DNA of 64,000 bases. Source: Candidatus Enterousia sp. Lineage in GTDB: Bacteria; Pseudomonadota; Alphaproteobacteria; Rs-D84. Within the stretch, counting starts at the first letter, position 1, and every line of letters starts with the position of its first letter. The stretch is taken from contig JAZLBQ010000024.1 of assembly GCA_045613785.1 (NCBI GenBank), forward strand, positions 32,001-96,000. Direction: 5' to 3'. Under the pieces are notes generated by a model. It was not told where the DNA came from and did not search any database. It worked only from the letters and a program-made list of their open reading frames with translations. This document shows positions 38,427-47,034 of the stretch, piece after piece. The translations under genes were made by a program, and so were the position numbers.

Positions 38427-39755
38427 TTAGTCCTTTGATAATGCCATTTGAATTAGTTGTTTAGACTCAACCAAAAATTCCATCGGCAGACGTGATAGAA
38501 TTGGGGTCGCAGCAGCACCAATGATTAGTGCAATTGCTGTATCTGTTTCAAGCCCAGCAGCATTTAGGTATACCAGTGTTGCAGCGTCGATTGTGCCTGT
38601 TGTTGCCTCGTGTGATTGGGTGTTGTTGTTGCCGTTGTGAATTATTCGGGGCAGGGTGTTTGCAGTTGCGGTGCTGGTTAGCAGGCGACTGTCGCATTTT
38701 GATGCGTTAGTGCAGTTGTTGCCGGAAAATGATACCAGACTGCGAAACGTTTGTGATGATATGTCTGTGGCAACGCCATATGAAACAATATTTGATGTTG
38801 AATTATCACCAATGTGAATCATTTTTGTGCCAGTATCTGCCATTTGGGCACCGTGTGTGATTGACAGTGAATAAAAGTCGCTGTACGCATTGTTTCCAAG
38901 TAAAATCGTAGATGGATATTTCCAGGTTAGGGCACTGCCGACTTCTATTTGTGTCCAAAGTAATTTTGCATTGTCGTGGCATTTTCCACGCTTGGTTACA
39001 AAGTTTAATATGCCACCAGTATTTTTTGTGCCGTCAAAATCGCCTGCAAACCAATTTTGGACGGTCGAGTATTTTACAGTAGCGTTATCCAAAGCAACTA
39101 TTTCTACAACCCCACTGTGTAATTGGTGGTTGGGGCGACGTGGGGCACTGCAACCTTCCATATAACTAAGTTCAGAGCCTTGGTCTGCGATGATAAGTGT
39201 GCGTTCAAATTGACCGATTTTTGCAGTTTCAATTCTGAAATAACTGGCTAGGTCAATTGGACATTTTGTGTTTGGTGGAATATAGACAAATGTTCCATCA
39301 GAAAATACAGCAGCGTTTAATGCGGCGAAAAAGTTGTCGGATGCAGGAACAACGCTGCCTAGATATTTTTTTACCAGGTCTGGATGTTGTTGGACAGCGT
39401 CAGAAAAAGGTAGGAATATTATGCCTAGTTTTTCAAGTTCTGCGGTGTATGAAGTGTGAACAGAACGGCTGTCGATTACGGTGTCTGTTGCCATGCCTAG
39501 AAGGGCTTGCTTTTCGCTTTCTGGTAGCCCCATTTTATCATAGACAGATGCTAAATCAGAATTGTCAATAGGGGCAGGTTCGTTGTAATAATTTAATTCG
39601 TCATAGTTTATGGGCTGATAGTCTATGTCGCCCCAATGTGGTTCAGATAATTTCTTCCAGGTGTGAAATGCATCAATACGCCATTGTAGTAACCACGCAG
39701 GCTCGTTTCGGGTGGCAGATATTTGGCGAATAAGATTTTCACATAGTTTTGTCAT
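38427..39755 (-). CDS. sufB: Fe-S assembly scaffold SufB
   Basis: GQFERTLI, EGCSAP, YSTVQNW, TWKYPS, ADTGTKM, HEAT. Confidence 0.93.
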   Translation of the reverse strand: MTKLCENLIRQISATRNEPAWLLQWRIDAFHTWKKLSEPHWGDIDYQPINYDELNYYNEPAPIDNSDLASVYDKMGLPESEKQALLGMATDTVIDSRSVHTSYTAELEKLGIIFLPFSDAVQQHPDLVKKYLGSVVPASDNFFAALNAAVFSDGTFVYIPPNTKCPIDLASYFRIETAKIGQFERTLIIADQGSELSYMEGCSAPRRPNHQLHSGVVEIVALDNATVKYSTVQNWFAGDFDGTKNTGGILNFVTKRGKCHDNAKLLWTQIEVGSALTWKYPSTILLGNNAYSDFYSLSITHGAQMADTGTKMIHIGDNSTSNIVSYGVATDISSQTFRSLVSFSGNNCTNASKCDSRLLTSTATANTLPRIIHNGNNNTQSHEATTGTIDAATLVYLNAAGLETDTAIALIIGAAATPILSRLPMEFLVESKQLIQMALSKD

Positions 39756-39764
39756 TTCTTTGGT

Positions 39765-40307
39765 TTAACTGCTTTGGGCGGCAAGTTGCTTTGCCTGGGC
39801 AAAAAATGTCATCGATTGCCCCAGCAATCCGTCCGTAAATGTATTTGACAGTAAACCATCTGGTTCGGTCGTTGTCAAATGGTGCAAGAAATTATCTGCA
39901 CGACGGATATAGTTGTCGATGTTGCGGGCAACTTCAGAGTCTAGTTTGATTGCACGGCGTAATTTTTCAAGGGCAAATGGATTTTTTGCATACTCGTCCA
40001 TTATTCCCCCTAGTGCACGCCATAGTGGGTGTTCAGGGGTGTTGCGTGGCATAATGTCAATTGATGCCATTATCGGTATCAGGTTTTGTAGTAAGTCTTG
40101 GTATATCATTTCGGCGTTTTCAGCAACCGCATTGGTCGCAGATTTGGTCTTTAACACTGATTGGATTTTTACAATCAGGGCGTATTGATGGTCTTGGGTT
40201 TTGGTAATGTTGCCAATTTGGGCGTTGATGCGATAGATGTAGAAAAGGATTGTGCCTGAAATCAACGTGATTAAAAATAAGCCCCCAAATATAATGGCGT
40301 TTTCCAT
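39765..40307 (-). CDS. Hypothetical membrane-anchored protein
   Basis: N-terminal TM and helical body; AGGGG SD; first gene of the run with sufBC. Confidence 0.7.
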   Translation of the reverse strand: MENAIIFGGLFLITLISGTILFYIYRINAQIGNITKTQDHQYALIVKIQSVLKTKSATNAVAENAEMIYQDLLQNLIPIMASIDIMPRNTPEHPLWRALGGIMDEYAKNPFALEKLRRAIKLDSEVARNIDNYIRRADNFLHHLTTTEPDGLLSNTFTDGLLGQSMTFFAQAKQLAAQSS

Positions 40308-40426
40308 AAATTTACCCCCTGGTGTGTTTGTGTGTCTTGATTGTGCCTAGTATAACATAAATTTTGCGATTCGTGCGGATTTATATAATCAGAAATTTTT
40401 TGATTGTTTTATGTGTGTTTTAGGTC

Positions 40427-40455
40427 TTGCACAGATTCGGTCAAATTGTTATAAT
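40427..40455 (+). promoter_or_regulatory. Sigma70-type promoter with internal GANTC site
   Basis: TTGCAC-17 nt-TATAAT containing ACAGATTCGGT. Confidence 0.6.
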
Positions 40456-40496
40456 ATTTATTAAATAAGGATATATATTAGGAAAGGAAGACGGTT

Positions 40497-41444
40497 ATGT
40501 TCCGCAAAATTTTGATTGTAGCAATGTTTGCAACGGCGGCTGGATATTGTTTTGCTGCAAATTCTTTGCCGCAGGTTGTTACGTCTCATGTGTTCTATGA
40601 ACAAGACAGAATTGTCGATGAACAGGTTGATACAACACAGGTCGATGTCGAAGAAAATGTTCAGGTCGCACGTGAAGTGCCTGCATGGCCATTGGCAGGG
40701 TCTGATGCAGACGTAGAAGTGGCTTGCGAAGGGGCGTTGTGTTCTAAGACTAAACAGCAGGATAATATTCGTATCGTGTCCAAAGTCGGGGCTGATTTAG
40801 TTGTCGAAAATAATTTTAACCTGGGGGCACGTGGTGAATTTGCTGGCTGGTCAGGTGGGGCAAATATGCTGCATGGAAACCAAATTCCTGTTGGATTCGC
40901 AGATGAATGTGATGGCTCTTCGGAAATGCCGTTGTTGCATCGTGAGGTTCTGGAAGATGATGGCGGTAATGTTTTGGCTGTTTCACGTAGTAGTCGTAAA
41001 ACATGTGGAAAATATGCAGATGGATATGAAGCCTTTGCAGTCCGTAATGGTATGAAGGTAGAAGGTGTAACTGCAGATGGTATGCGTATTTCTAATACAA
41101 CGGGTGATGGCACAGTCGTTATCGAAGAAGAAACAGAAATTGCAGTTGATACATCGGCAGATGCAGAAGCACCAGCTGTCTTGACAGATCAAGTTCGTTC
41201 ATGGGTTGTGGCAAATGGTCAGACCTTGCGTGAAGTTTTGCAGTCTTGGTGTGATAAGGAAGGCTGGGATTTGGTTTGGACAACTTCTCGTGAATACCCA
41301 ATAGAGGCAAGTGCAGTGTTTAAAGGGCGTTTTGTCGATGTTGCGTCTGCGTTGGTTCGTAACTTTGGACGTGCGACACCTGTCCCATATGCAAAATTCT
41401 ATAAAGGTAATAGAGTGTTGGTCATTTCAACAACAGAAGAATAA
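40497..41444 (+). CDS. Secreted protein with C-terminal TcpQ (type IVb pilus biogenesis) domain
   Basis: Signal peptide; WVVANGQTLREVLQSWC...GWDLVW...YPIEASAVFKGRF..YKGNRVLVI. Confidence 0.78.
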   Translation: MFRKILIVAMFATAAGYCFAANSLPQVVTSHVFYEQDRIVDEQVDTTQVDVEENVQVAREVPAWPLAGSDADVEVACEGALCSKTKQQDNIRIVSKVGADLVVENNFNLGARGEFAGWSGGANMLHGNQIPVGFADECDGSSEMPLLHREVLEDDGGNVLAVSRSSRKTCGKYADGYEAFAVRNGMKVEGVTADGMRISNTTGDGTVVIEEETEIAVDTSADAEAPAVLTDQVRSWVVANGQTLREVLQSWCDKEGWDLVWTTSREYPIEASAVFKGRFVDVASALVRNFGRATPVPYAKFYKGNRVLVISTTEE

Positions 41445-41479
41445 TTTTCTGGAACAAGATGTCGTAGGAGAAAATAATT

Positions 41480-43108
41480 ATGAAAATTCCATTTAAACTT
41501 TTAATTTTGGGCAGTTTGATTTTTGCAACAATGACAGGCTGTGCCAGAAAAGAGTCTGCCAAGGTCGCGGCATCTGTTGATCAGGATTTTATAAATGCTT
41601 ATGATGCATTCGAAATGGCTAAAAACCCAAGAGCCAAAGTCGCAACAGGTGATACAGTTTCTATGTCAGAGGGTGTTTGGTTGGGCAGTAAATCGATGGT
41701 TTTGGAACATCGTAATAATTTGCCTTCTAAATTTGAAACTGATACAGGTGTAACAATTTTATTAGATGAACCTGTTTCTTTGCAGGTTTTGGCAAATGAT
41801 ATTTATTCGATAACAGGTATCCCCGTTAAAATCGATGGTCAGGTTTCAGCAGAAAAATTAAAAAAACAGGTAAATATCGCTTATACCGGAAAATTGTCAG
41901 GATTGTTGAGCCAGGTCGCAACTGATTTGGATTTGCTGTGGTATTATGATAAAAATTCTATTGTGTTCTATGAAACAGAAACGAAAACATTTACTTTGTA
42001 TGCATTAGGAACAGAAGTTGCATATCAGACATCTGTTTCGACAGATAATTCTAATGAAGTGTCTTTGGAATCTACGTTGAAAGAGTGGGATGAAGTTGAA
42101 AGTGCGATTTCTTCAATTATTGGTAAGGCTTCAAATGCAGACTTTACTGTTTCTCGTAGTTTGGGAACAATCACAGTGACGGCATCACCGTCCATTTTGG
42201 CACGTGTTGGCGAATATATTGAACGTCAAAATAAACGTTTAAGCCAGTTGATTACAATTGATGTAAAGGTTTTGCAGGTTACAATTTCAAATGATTCTGC
42301 ATTTGGTTTGAACTTGGCGGCAGCAATAAATTCTGCTTCTGGGTTGAATATTGTTGCAAATCCAAAAAATAATTTGGCATCAACTGAGGCTAGTTCGATG
42401 AATATTGCGGTTCTGTCAAATACAGTTTCTGCATTGACTGGTGCGACACATCAGGAAGGCTCTTCAACCGTTGAAGGGGCATATACTAACGACCAGATTA
42501 TGAATGGTTCTTTGTCAGGGGCGGCTGGTAGTAATGCTTTGATTCAGGCGTTGGCAAAGCAAGGTAAGGTTTCTTTGGTCACAAATGTTGGCGTTACAAC
42601 ACGTTCAAATCGTGTTGCACCAGTCAGCAATACCAGAACAACTGGTTATATCAAACGTTTCGAATCTAGAAACTTTACAACAGTCGAATCTAGCACTGTT
42701 GACCAAGATGATTTGGAAACAGGATTTACAATGCAGCTGTTGCCAAATGTATTAGAAAATGGTCGAATCTTGTTGTTGTTCCGTATGTCTGTTCGTGAAT
42801 TGTTGCGTATGTCAACCCAGACAATTGGTGAAGTAACTTTGCAGTTGCCAGAGGTTGAAGAACGTAGCTTTATGCAGGAAGTAATTATGGAATCTGGCCA
42901 AATGCTGGTTGTTTCAGGATTTGAAAAACAGACTAATGAAGATACTCGTTATGGCTTAGGTGATCCTGACTTTATGGCGTTGTCTGGTTCTCGTGAAACA
43001 TCGGCAACTCGTGAGGTCTTGGTGGTTATCTTGACTCCACAGGTTTTGGTTAGCCCAATGGATGTAGAACGTGGGATACAACAGCACTGGGGTGCACCAC
43101 TGAACTAA
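41480..43108 (+). CDS. Type IVb pilus lipoprotein secretin (PilN/BfpB/TcpC-like)
   Basis: Lipobox MTGC; N-domains; ITIDVKVLQV, LIQALAKQGKVS, LQLPEV, SGQMLVVSGFE, LVVILTP. Confidence 0.85.
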   Translation: MKIPFKLLILGSLIFATMTGCARKESAKVAASVDQDFINAYDAFEMAKNPRAKVATGDTVSMSEGVWLGSKSMVLEHRNNLPSKFETDTGVTILLDEPVSLQVLANDIYSITGIPVKIDGQVSAEKLKKQVNIAYTGKLSGLLSQVATDLDLLWYYDKNSIVFYETETKTFTLYALGTEVAYQTSVSTDNSNEVSLESTLKEWDEVESAISSIIGKASNADFTVSRSLGTITVTASPSILARVGEYIERQNKRLSQLITIDVKVLQVTISNDSAFGLNLAAAINSASGLNIVANPKNNLASTEASSMNIAVLSNTVSALTGATHQEGSSTVEGAYTNDQIMNGSLSGAAGSNALIQALAKQGKVSLVTNVGVTTRSNRVAPVSNTRTTGYIKRFESRNFTTVESSTVDQDDLETGFTMQLLPNVLENGRILLLFRMSVRELLRMSTQTIGEVTLQLPEVEERSFMQEVIMESGQMLVVSGFEKQTNEDTRYGLGDPDFMALSGSRETSATREVLVVILTPQVLVSPMDVERGIQQHWGAPLN

Positions 43109-43118
43109 ATTAAATATA

Positions 43119-43315
43119 ATAATTCATCTATGCGTAAATCCGCTGGCTCATGTATGTTCAATGCACTACGCCAGCGGATTTTCACATATCTAAATAATTC
43201 TATTTAATTTCACTTATTTGTTGATAATTCATCTGTGAATGGTGTCGTTTCCTTGTGTCGCTTCTGGGCACTGCGGGGACGACACTGTCCGCATCTAAAT
43301 CATTTTATTTAATTT
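43119..43315 (+). repeat. Two-unit tandem element (105-bp period): conserved flanks and loop around variable self-complementary 18-nt arms; candidate structured sRNAs or micro-ORFs
   Basis: ATAATTCATCT-[58-nt hairpin]-ATCTAAATnATTyTATTTAATTT at 43119-43210 and 43224-43315. Confidence 0.75.
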
Positions 43316-43453
43316 TTTTGTGTTGAAAACTCGTGTCTTTATAAATTGTCATGTTTTATATAAAGTTTAGCACATTAGTATGTTTTGTTTGTTGTGTGCT
43401 AAGTTGTTGTTTATATGTGTTTTTTTATGCTGATAAGAAAGCTGATTTTTTTG

Positions 43454-43483
43454 TTGCGACAGATTCGGTTTTTTTCTTATAAT
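43454..43483 (+). promoter_or_regulatory. Sigma70-type promoter sharing ACAGATTCGGT-N8-TATAAT with the tcpQ promoter
   Basis: TTGCGA...ACAGATTCGGT(43459)...TATAAT(43478). Confidence 0.6.
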
Positions 43484-43548
43484 GGTGTCGTAGGATTGAA
43501 TGAAGTGCTGGTGGTTATTTTGGTGGCATTTTCATTAAACGGGAATTT

Positions 43549-43950
43549 ATGATGTTAAAACGGATTGTTGCAATTTGTATATTTTGCCTGGGGGGATTTT
43601 ATTTCCCAGGTGTTTCTTATGCAAATTTAACTTCCAAGGGTTATGTAGATGCAATTGTAGCAGCTGTTGCAAGCAGTAAAGTCGATAAGACTGAATTTAA
43701 TAGTCATGCAAGTAATAATTCTAACCCACATGCAGTTACAGCAGCACAAGTTGGTTTGGGTAATGTGAAAAATGTTGACCAGACTAATGCTGGTAATTTA
43801 TCTTCTGGAACAGTTGCGTATGGTCGTTTGCCGGTTGGTAATACCGCTAATACTGTGGCGGCTGGTGATGATGTGCGTTTTGGAACAATTCCGACTGTTG
43901 CACCAACAGGCACACCGCCAGAAGGACAGGTTTATGTCTGGTTTAATTAG
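43549..43950 (+). CDS. Secreted protein with a phage tail-fibre-like shaft motif
   Basis: Signal peptide ending SYA; TSKGYVD; NPHAVTAAQVGLGNVKN; LSSGTV...RLP; VAAGDD.R. Confidence 0.7.
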   Translation: MMLKRIVAICIFCLGGFYFPGVSYANLTSKGYVDAIVAAVASSKVDKTEFNSHASNNSNPHAVTAAQVGLGNVKNVDQTNAGNLSSGTVAYGRLPVGNTANTVAAGDDVRFGTIPTVAPTGTPPEGQVYVWFN

Positions 43951-43959
43951 GGTTGTGTA

Positions 43960-44952
43960 ATGCCTGCAATAAATATTGCTGATATTCAAATTGTTTTGCA
44001 GACGGTTCAGACAACACAACCGGCACTTAAGTTCATGGATTCTTCTGGAAATCTTTACTATGCAGAAGCTCATTTGGGGGCCTGTGCTGACAGTTTAGTC
44101 GTTGGTGATGGTGATGCATCGTGGACAATCGGAAAATCAACATTGGTTTATGAGGCAACAAAATTTGACTCGTGTGAAAAGGTAAGTTTAAGTCCGGGGT
44201 GTTATTCGGTTGTGCTTATGGGTGGTAAAGGTGGTGCTGGTGGTAATAATGGAGATGAAGGCTCTGTAACTACAGAAGAGTATTTGAGTTTTAATTTATA
44301 TCAGACAACTGATGTTTATCTTTTACGTGGCAGTGATGGTAAGGCAGGTGGCGTGAATTCGTCGGGTGGTTTGTATTCTGGCGGCGGTGGCGGTGCATCT
44401 GGTGTGCCAAGTTTTTTTGCCGTTGATGGTAAATATATTATTTCCCAGGGTGGAACAGGTGGAACTGGTGCTGTCGCAACAAAGTCTGATGGTACGGCAC
44501 AGGATTGTGCAGCAGGTGGTGGCGGCGGTATAAGTGGGGCTCAATCAGGCATGGGGTCTGTTGGTGCGGATGCTTGGGATGCTAAAGGCTTTGTTTGTGG
44601 TGCAGGTGGCGGTGGTTCGCTGGGTGGAAAAGGTGGTAATAAGTCGTCGGGTTTCTTGTATAATGGCTCAGCAGGATTGGATGCAACGGACACGTCGGGT
44701 GGTGATGGTGGAAGTTCGTCAATTGGCGGATTGTTAGGAACTAGTTCGTCGAGTGGCGGGGCAGGTGGTGCAAATGTTGCATATTCGTGTGGCGGTCAGA
44801 CTTTTTATTCTTATGGTGGCGGCGGTGGCGGTGGTGCATCAATGGGTGGTTTGTTTGGAATTGGTGTAAATGCAAACGGCGGTGTTGGTGGCAGTGGTGG
44901 GATTGGTTCAAGTTCAACCAGTTATGTCAAAATTTATCGCTTAGGTTTATAA
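43960..44952 (+). CDS. Glycine-rich protein (tail-fibre/adhesin-like Gly-rich domain)
   Basis: Repeated GGGGG/GGxGG blocks; LSPGCYSVVLMGGKGGAG and terminal YVKIY. Confidence 0.7.
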   Translation: MPAINIADIQIVLQTVQTTQPALKFMDSSGNLYYAEAHLGACADSLVVGDGDASWTIGKSTLVYEATKFDSCEKVSLSPGCYSVVLMGGKGGAGGNNGDEGSVTTEEYLSFNLYQTTDVYLLRGSDGKAGGVNSSGGLYSGGGGGASGVPSFFAVDGKYIISQGGTGGTGAVATKSDGTAQDCAAGGGGGISGAQSGMGSVGADAWDAKGFVCGAGGGGSLGGKGGNKSSGFLYNGSAGLDATDTSGGDGGSSSIGGLLGTSSSSGGAGGANVAYSCGGQTFYSYGGGGGGGASMGGLFGIGVNANGGVGGSGGIGSSSTSYVKIYRLGL

Positions 44953-45028
44953 GTTTTTTTTATTTCGTTATTTGTTGAATAAAAAAAATCCCCAAACAGG
45001 GGATTTTTAATTTTTTCTGAAATGGCAA

Positions 45029-45289
45029 TTATGCCATTTTAGCAACTTTTTTAGCCAAGCGAGAAATCTTGCGAGCTGCACGCTTCTTTGGCATGATTTT
45101 GCCAGCAGATTTCATAATCTTGCTTTCTGCATTGCGAGCCGCTGTTGTTGCAGCAGCCTTGTCCCCAGATTCAATGGCGACCAATGCTTTCTTCGTCGCT
45201 GTTTTAACAGCACTGCGACGTGATGTGTTGATTGCATTTTTCTTGGCAGTTACCAAAATTCTTTTTTCAGATGACTTGTGATTTGCCAC
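45029..45289 (-). CDS. rpsT: 30S ribosomal protein S20
   Basis: MANHKSSEKR...N.SRRSAVKT...AARKISRL; GTG start. Confidence 0.95.
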   Translation of the reverse strand: MANHKSSEKRILVTAKKNAINTSRRSAVKTATKKALVAIESGDKAAATTAARNAESKIMKSAGKIMPKKRAARKISRLAKKVAKMA

Positions 45290-45362
45290 GTTATTTTCCT
45301 TTTATTTTTGTTTTGATTTTGCTATTTTATAAAAAACAAACATAAAATCAAGGAAAAATAAC

Positions 45363-45950
45363 ATGGTGAACTTTATTGGAATAATTATTTCTTATTTGTT
45401 TGGCAGTGTGCCAATGGGTTTAATCCTGACAAAAATCGCAGGCAAGGGCGATTTGCGTAAGGTCGGCAGTGGTAATATCGGGGCAACAAATGTTATGCGG
45501 GTCGGTGGTTTGCGTATGGCAGGGTTGGTCTGGATTCTGGATATGGCCAAGGCAATCGCTGCTGTTTTCTTGGGAAAATATATCGCAGGTGAGGCATTCG
45601 GTGCGTGGTGTGGATTTGCCGCAATCGTTGGGCATTGCTATCCAATTTGGCTGAAGTTTAAGGGAGGTAAGGGGATTTCTTCGCTGTTTGGCGTGTTGTT
45701 GGCTGTCAGTCCTATTTCTTTTCTGACATGTGGGGCGTTGTGGTTGATTGTGGCGTTGAGTAGTGGGATTTCTTCGCTTGGGGCGTTGTTTGTTTTTTGC
45801 TATATCCCTGTGTTGGGGTTCTTAATCAGTCCGATGGTGGGTTGGGCTTTCCTGGCAATTGGTTTGTTGTGCATGTGGCGGCATCGGGAAAATATCAAGC
45901 GTTTGTTGGTCGGTAAAGAATCTAAAATTGAGTGGAAGTGGAAAAAATAA
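45363..45950 (+). CDS. plsY: Glycerol-3-phosphate acyltransferase PlsY
   Basis: GSGNIGATN, GHCYP, FKGGKGI, RHRENIKRL. Confidence 0.95.
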   Translation: MVNFIGIIISYLFGSVPMGLILTKIAGKGDLRKVGSGNIGATNVMRVGGLRMAGLVWILDMAKAIAAVFLGKYIAGEAFGAWCGFAAIVGHCYPIWLKFKGGKGISSLFGVLLAVSPISFLTCGALWLIVALSSGISSLGALFVFCYIPVLGFLISPMVGWAFLAIGLLCMWRHRENIKRLLVGKESKIEWKWKK

Positions 45951-46053
45951 TCGGTAAAAGGGGTGTTTCGCCCCTTTTGTTTTTTATTTATTCTTTATTT
46001 TTTATGCTTTTTGTGGTATAATATGTTGTAAGATATCAAGAGGGAAGTGAGCG

Positions 46054-46938
46054 ATGAGCAGATTTTTTTCAGTGTTTCTTTTAATCTTGGGAATTGGGCC
46101 TGCAGTGGCGTCTGTGCCAACATTGACACCAGCGACGGGGCGTGGAAGGGCATCTATGTCAAATCAGATGATGGCTGCACCTCGTGCGGTTGCATCAAAG
46201 GCTCAGATTTCAGCGGGGGCGGCATTGACACCAGAGTCTGTGACGGTAAATAAGCCAAGTGTCAAGGTGGAAGACGTTGATGCAAGTCTGGCCGTAAAAC
46301 CAGAAGAGATGAAACCTGTAGAAAAAGATATGCGTGAAAAAGAAAAACGTGCTTGCTTGCAGAATAATATTGGTGTTGGAAATACTTTTGTTTGGGCATC
46401 TCGTTATAGCAACTTGGGCAGTTATTCAACAATGATTGAAGATGTCGAAGAACCAGATAACAATACTTGTTTTGTAAAAGTCGAATTAAAATCAAATGAT
46501 TCAAGAATTAGTGTGGCGGACGTTTTGCCAAAATACTATGAAATGGGCAGAATTATAACCTGTGGTGAATGGGCAAATAAGGATACACTGAAAAAACGTA
46601 TTTTAGATGCTAAAAAATCTGCACGAACATGGGCAACAGTTGGTGGGGCAGTCGGTGGTGCAGCTGTTGGTGTTGGTGCAATGGAATTGTTTGGAAACAG
46701 ATTGATTGGTGGTAGTGTAGAAGGACAGAAACATTTGGAACGTAATGATCAGGTCGGCTTGTTGCGTTCACAGTTGGCTGTTCTACAAAAAGATAATGAA
46801 ACAGAATATGGACGTTTTATTGGTAATTTAAAGTCATTGAAGGAAGACTGTAATGATAAGGTTTGGGATACAGAGGCGACAAAAAAACCAGATGCCTGTA
46901 AAAAGTGGGAACCGTATTTCGTGATTCTGTCAGAATAA
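46054..46938 (+). CDS. Secreted hypothetical protein with glycine-zipper segment
   Basis: Signal peptide; ATVGGAVGGAAVGVGAMELFG. Confidence 0.7.
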   Translation: MSRFFSVFLLILGIGPAVASVPTLTPATGRGRASMSNQMMAAPRAVASKAQISAGAALTPESVTVNKPSVKVEDVDASLAVKPEEMKPVEKDMREKEKRACLQNNIGVGNTFVWASRYSNLGSYSTMIEDVEEPDNNTCFVKVELKSNDSRISVADVLPKYYEMGRIITCGEWANKDTLKKRILDAKKSARTWATVGGAVGGAAVGVGAMELFGNRLIGGSVEGQKHLERNDQVGLLRSQLAVLQKDNETEYGRFIGNLKSLKEDCNDKVWDTEATKKPDACKKWEPYFVILSE

Positions 46939-47034
46939 TAAAAGAAATCCGCATAAGCGGATTTTTTTTATGAACGCTTTTGCCATAATTAAATGCACTT
47001 GAATTAAATTTCAAAATTATCGTATAGTCCGACT

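Noticed and set aside
43119-43315. CRISPR array or integron attC cassettes
   Set aside because: Only two units; the variable parts are self-complementary; no RYYYAAC/GTTRRRY ends; no cas or integrase gene in the window.
43549-44952. Prophage remnant
   Set aside because: Fibre motif is on a signal-peptide protein; no capsid, terminase, integrase or att sites.
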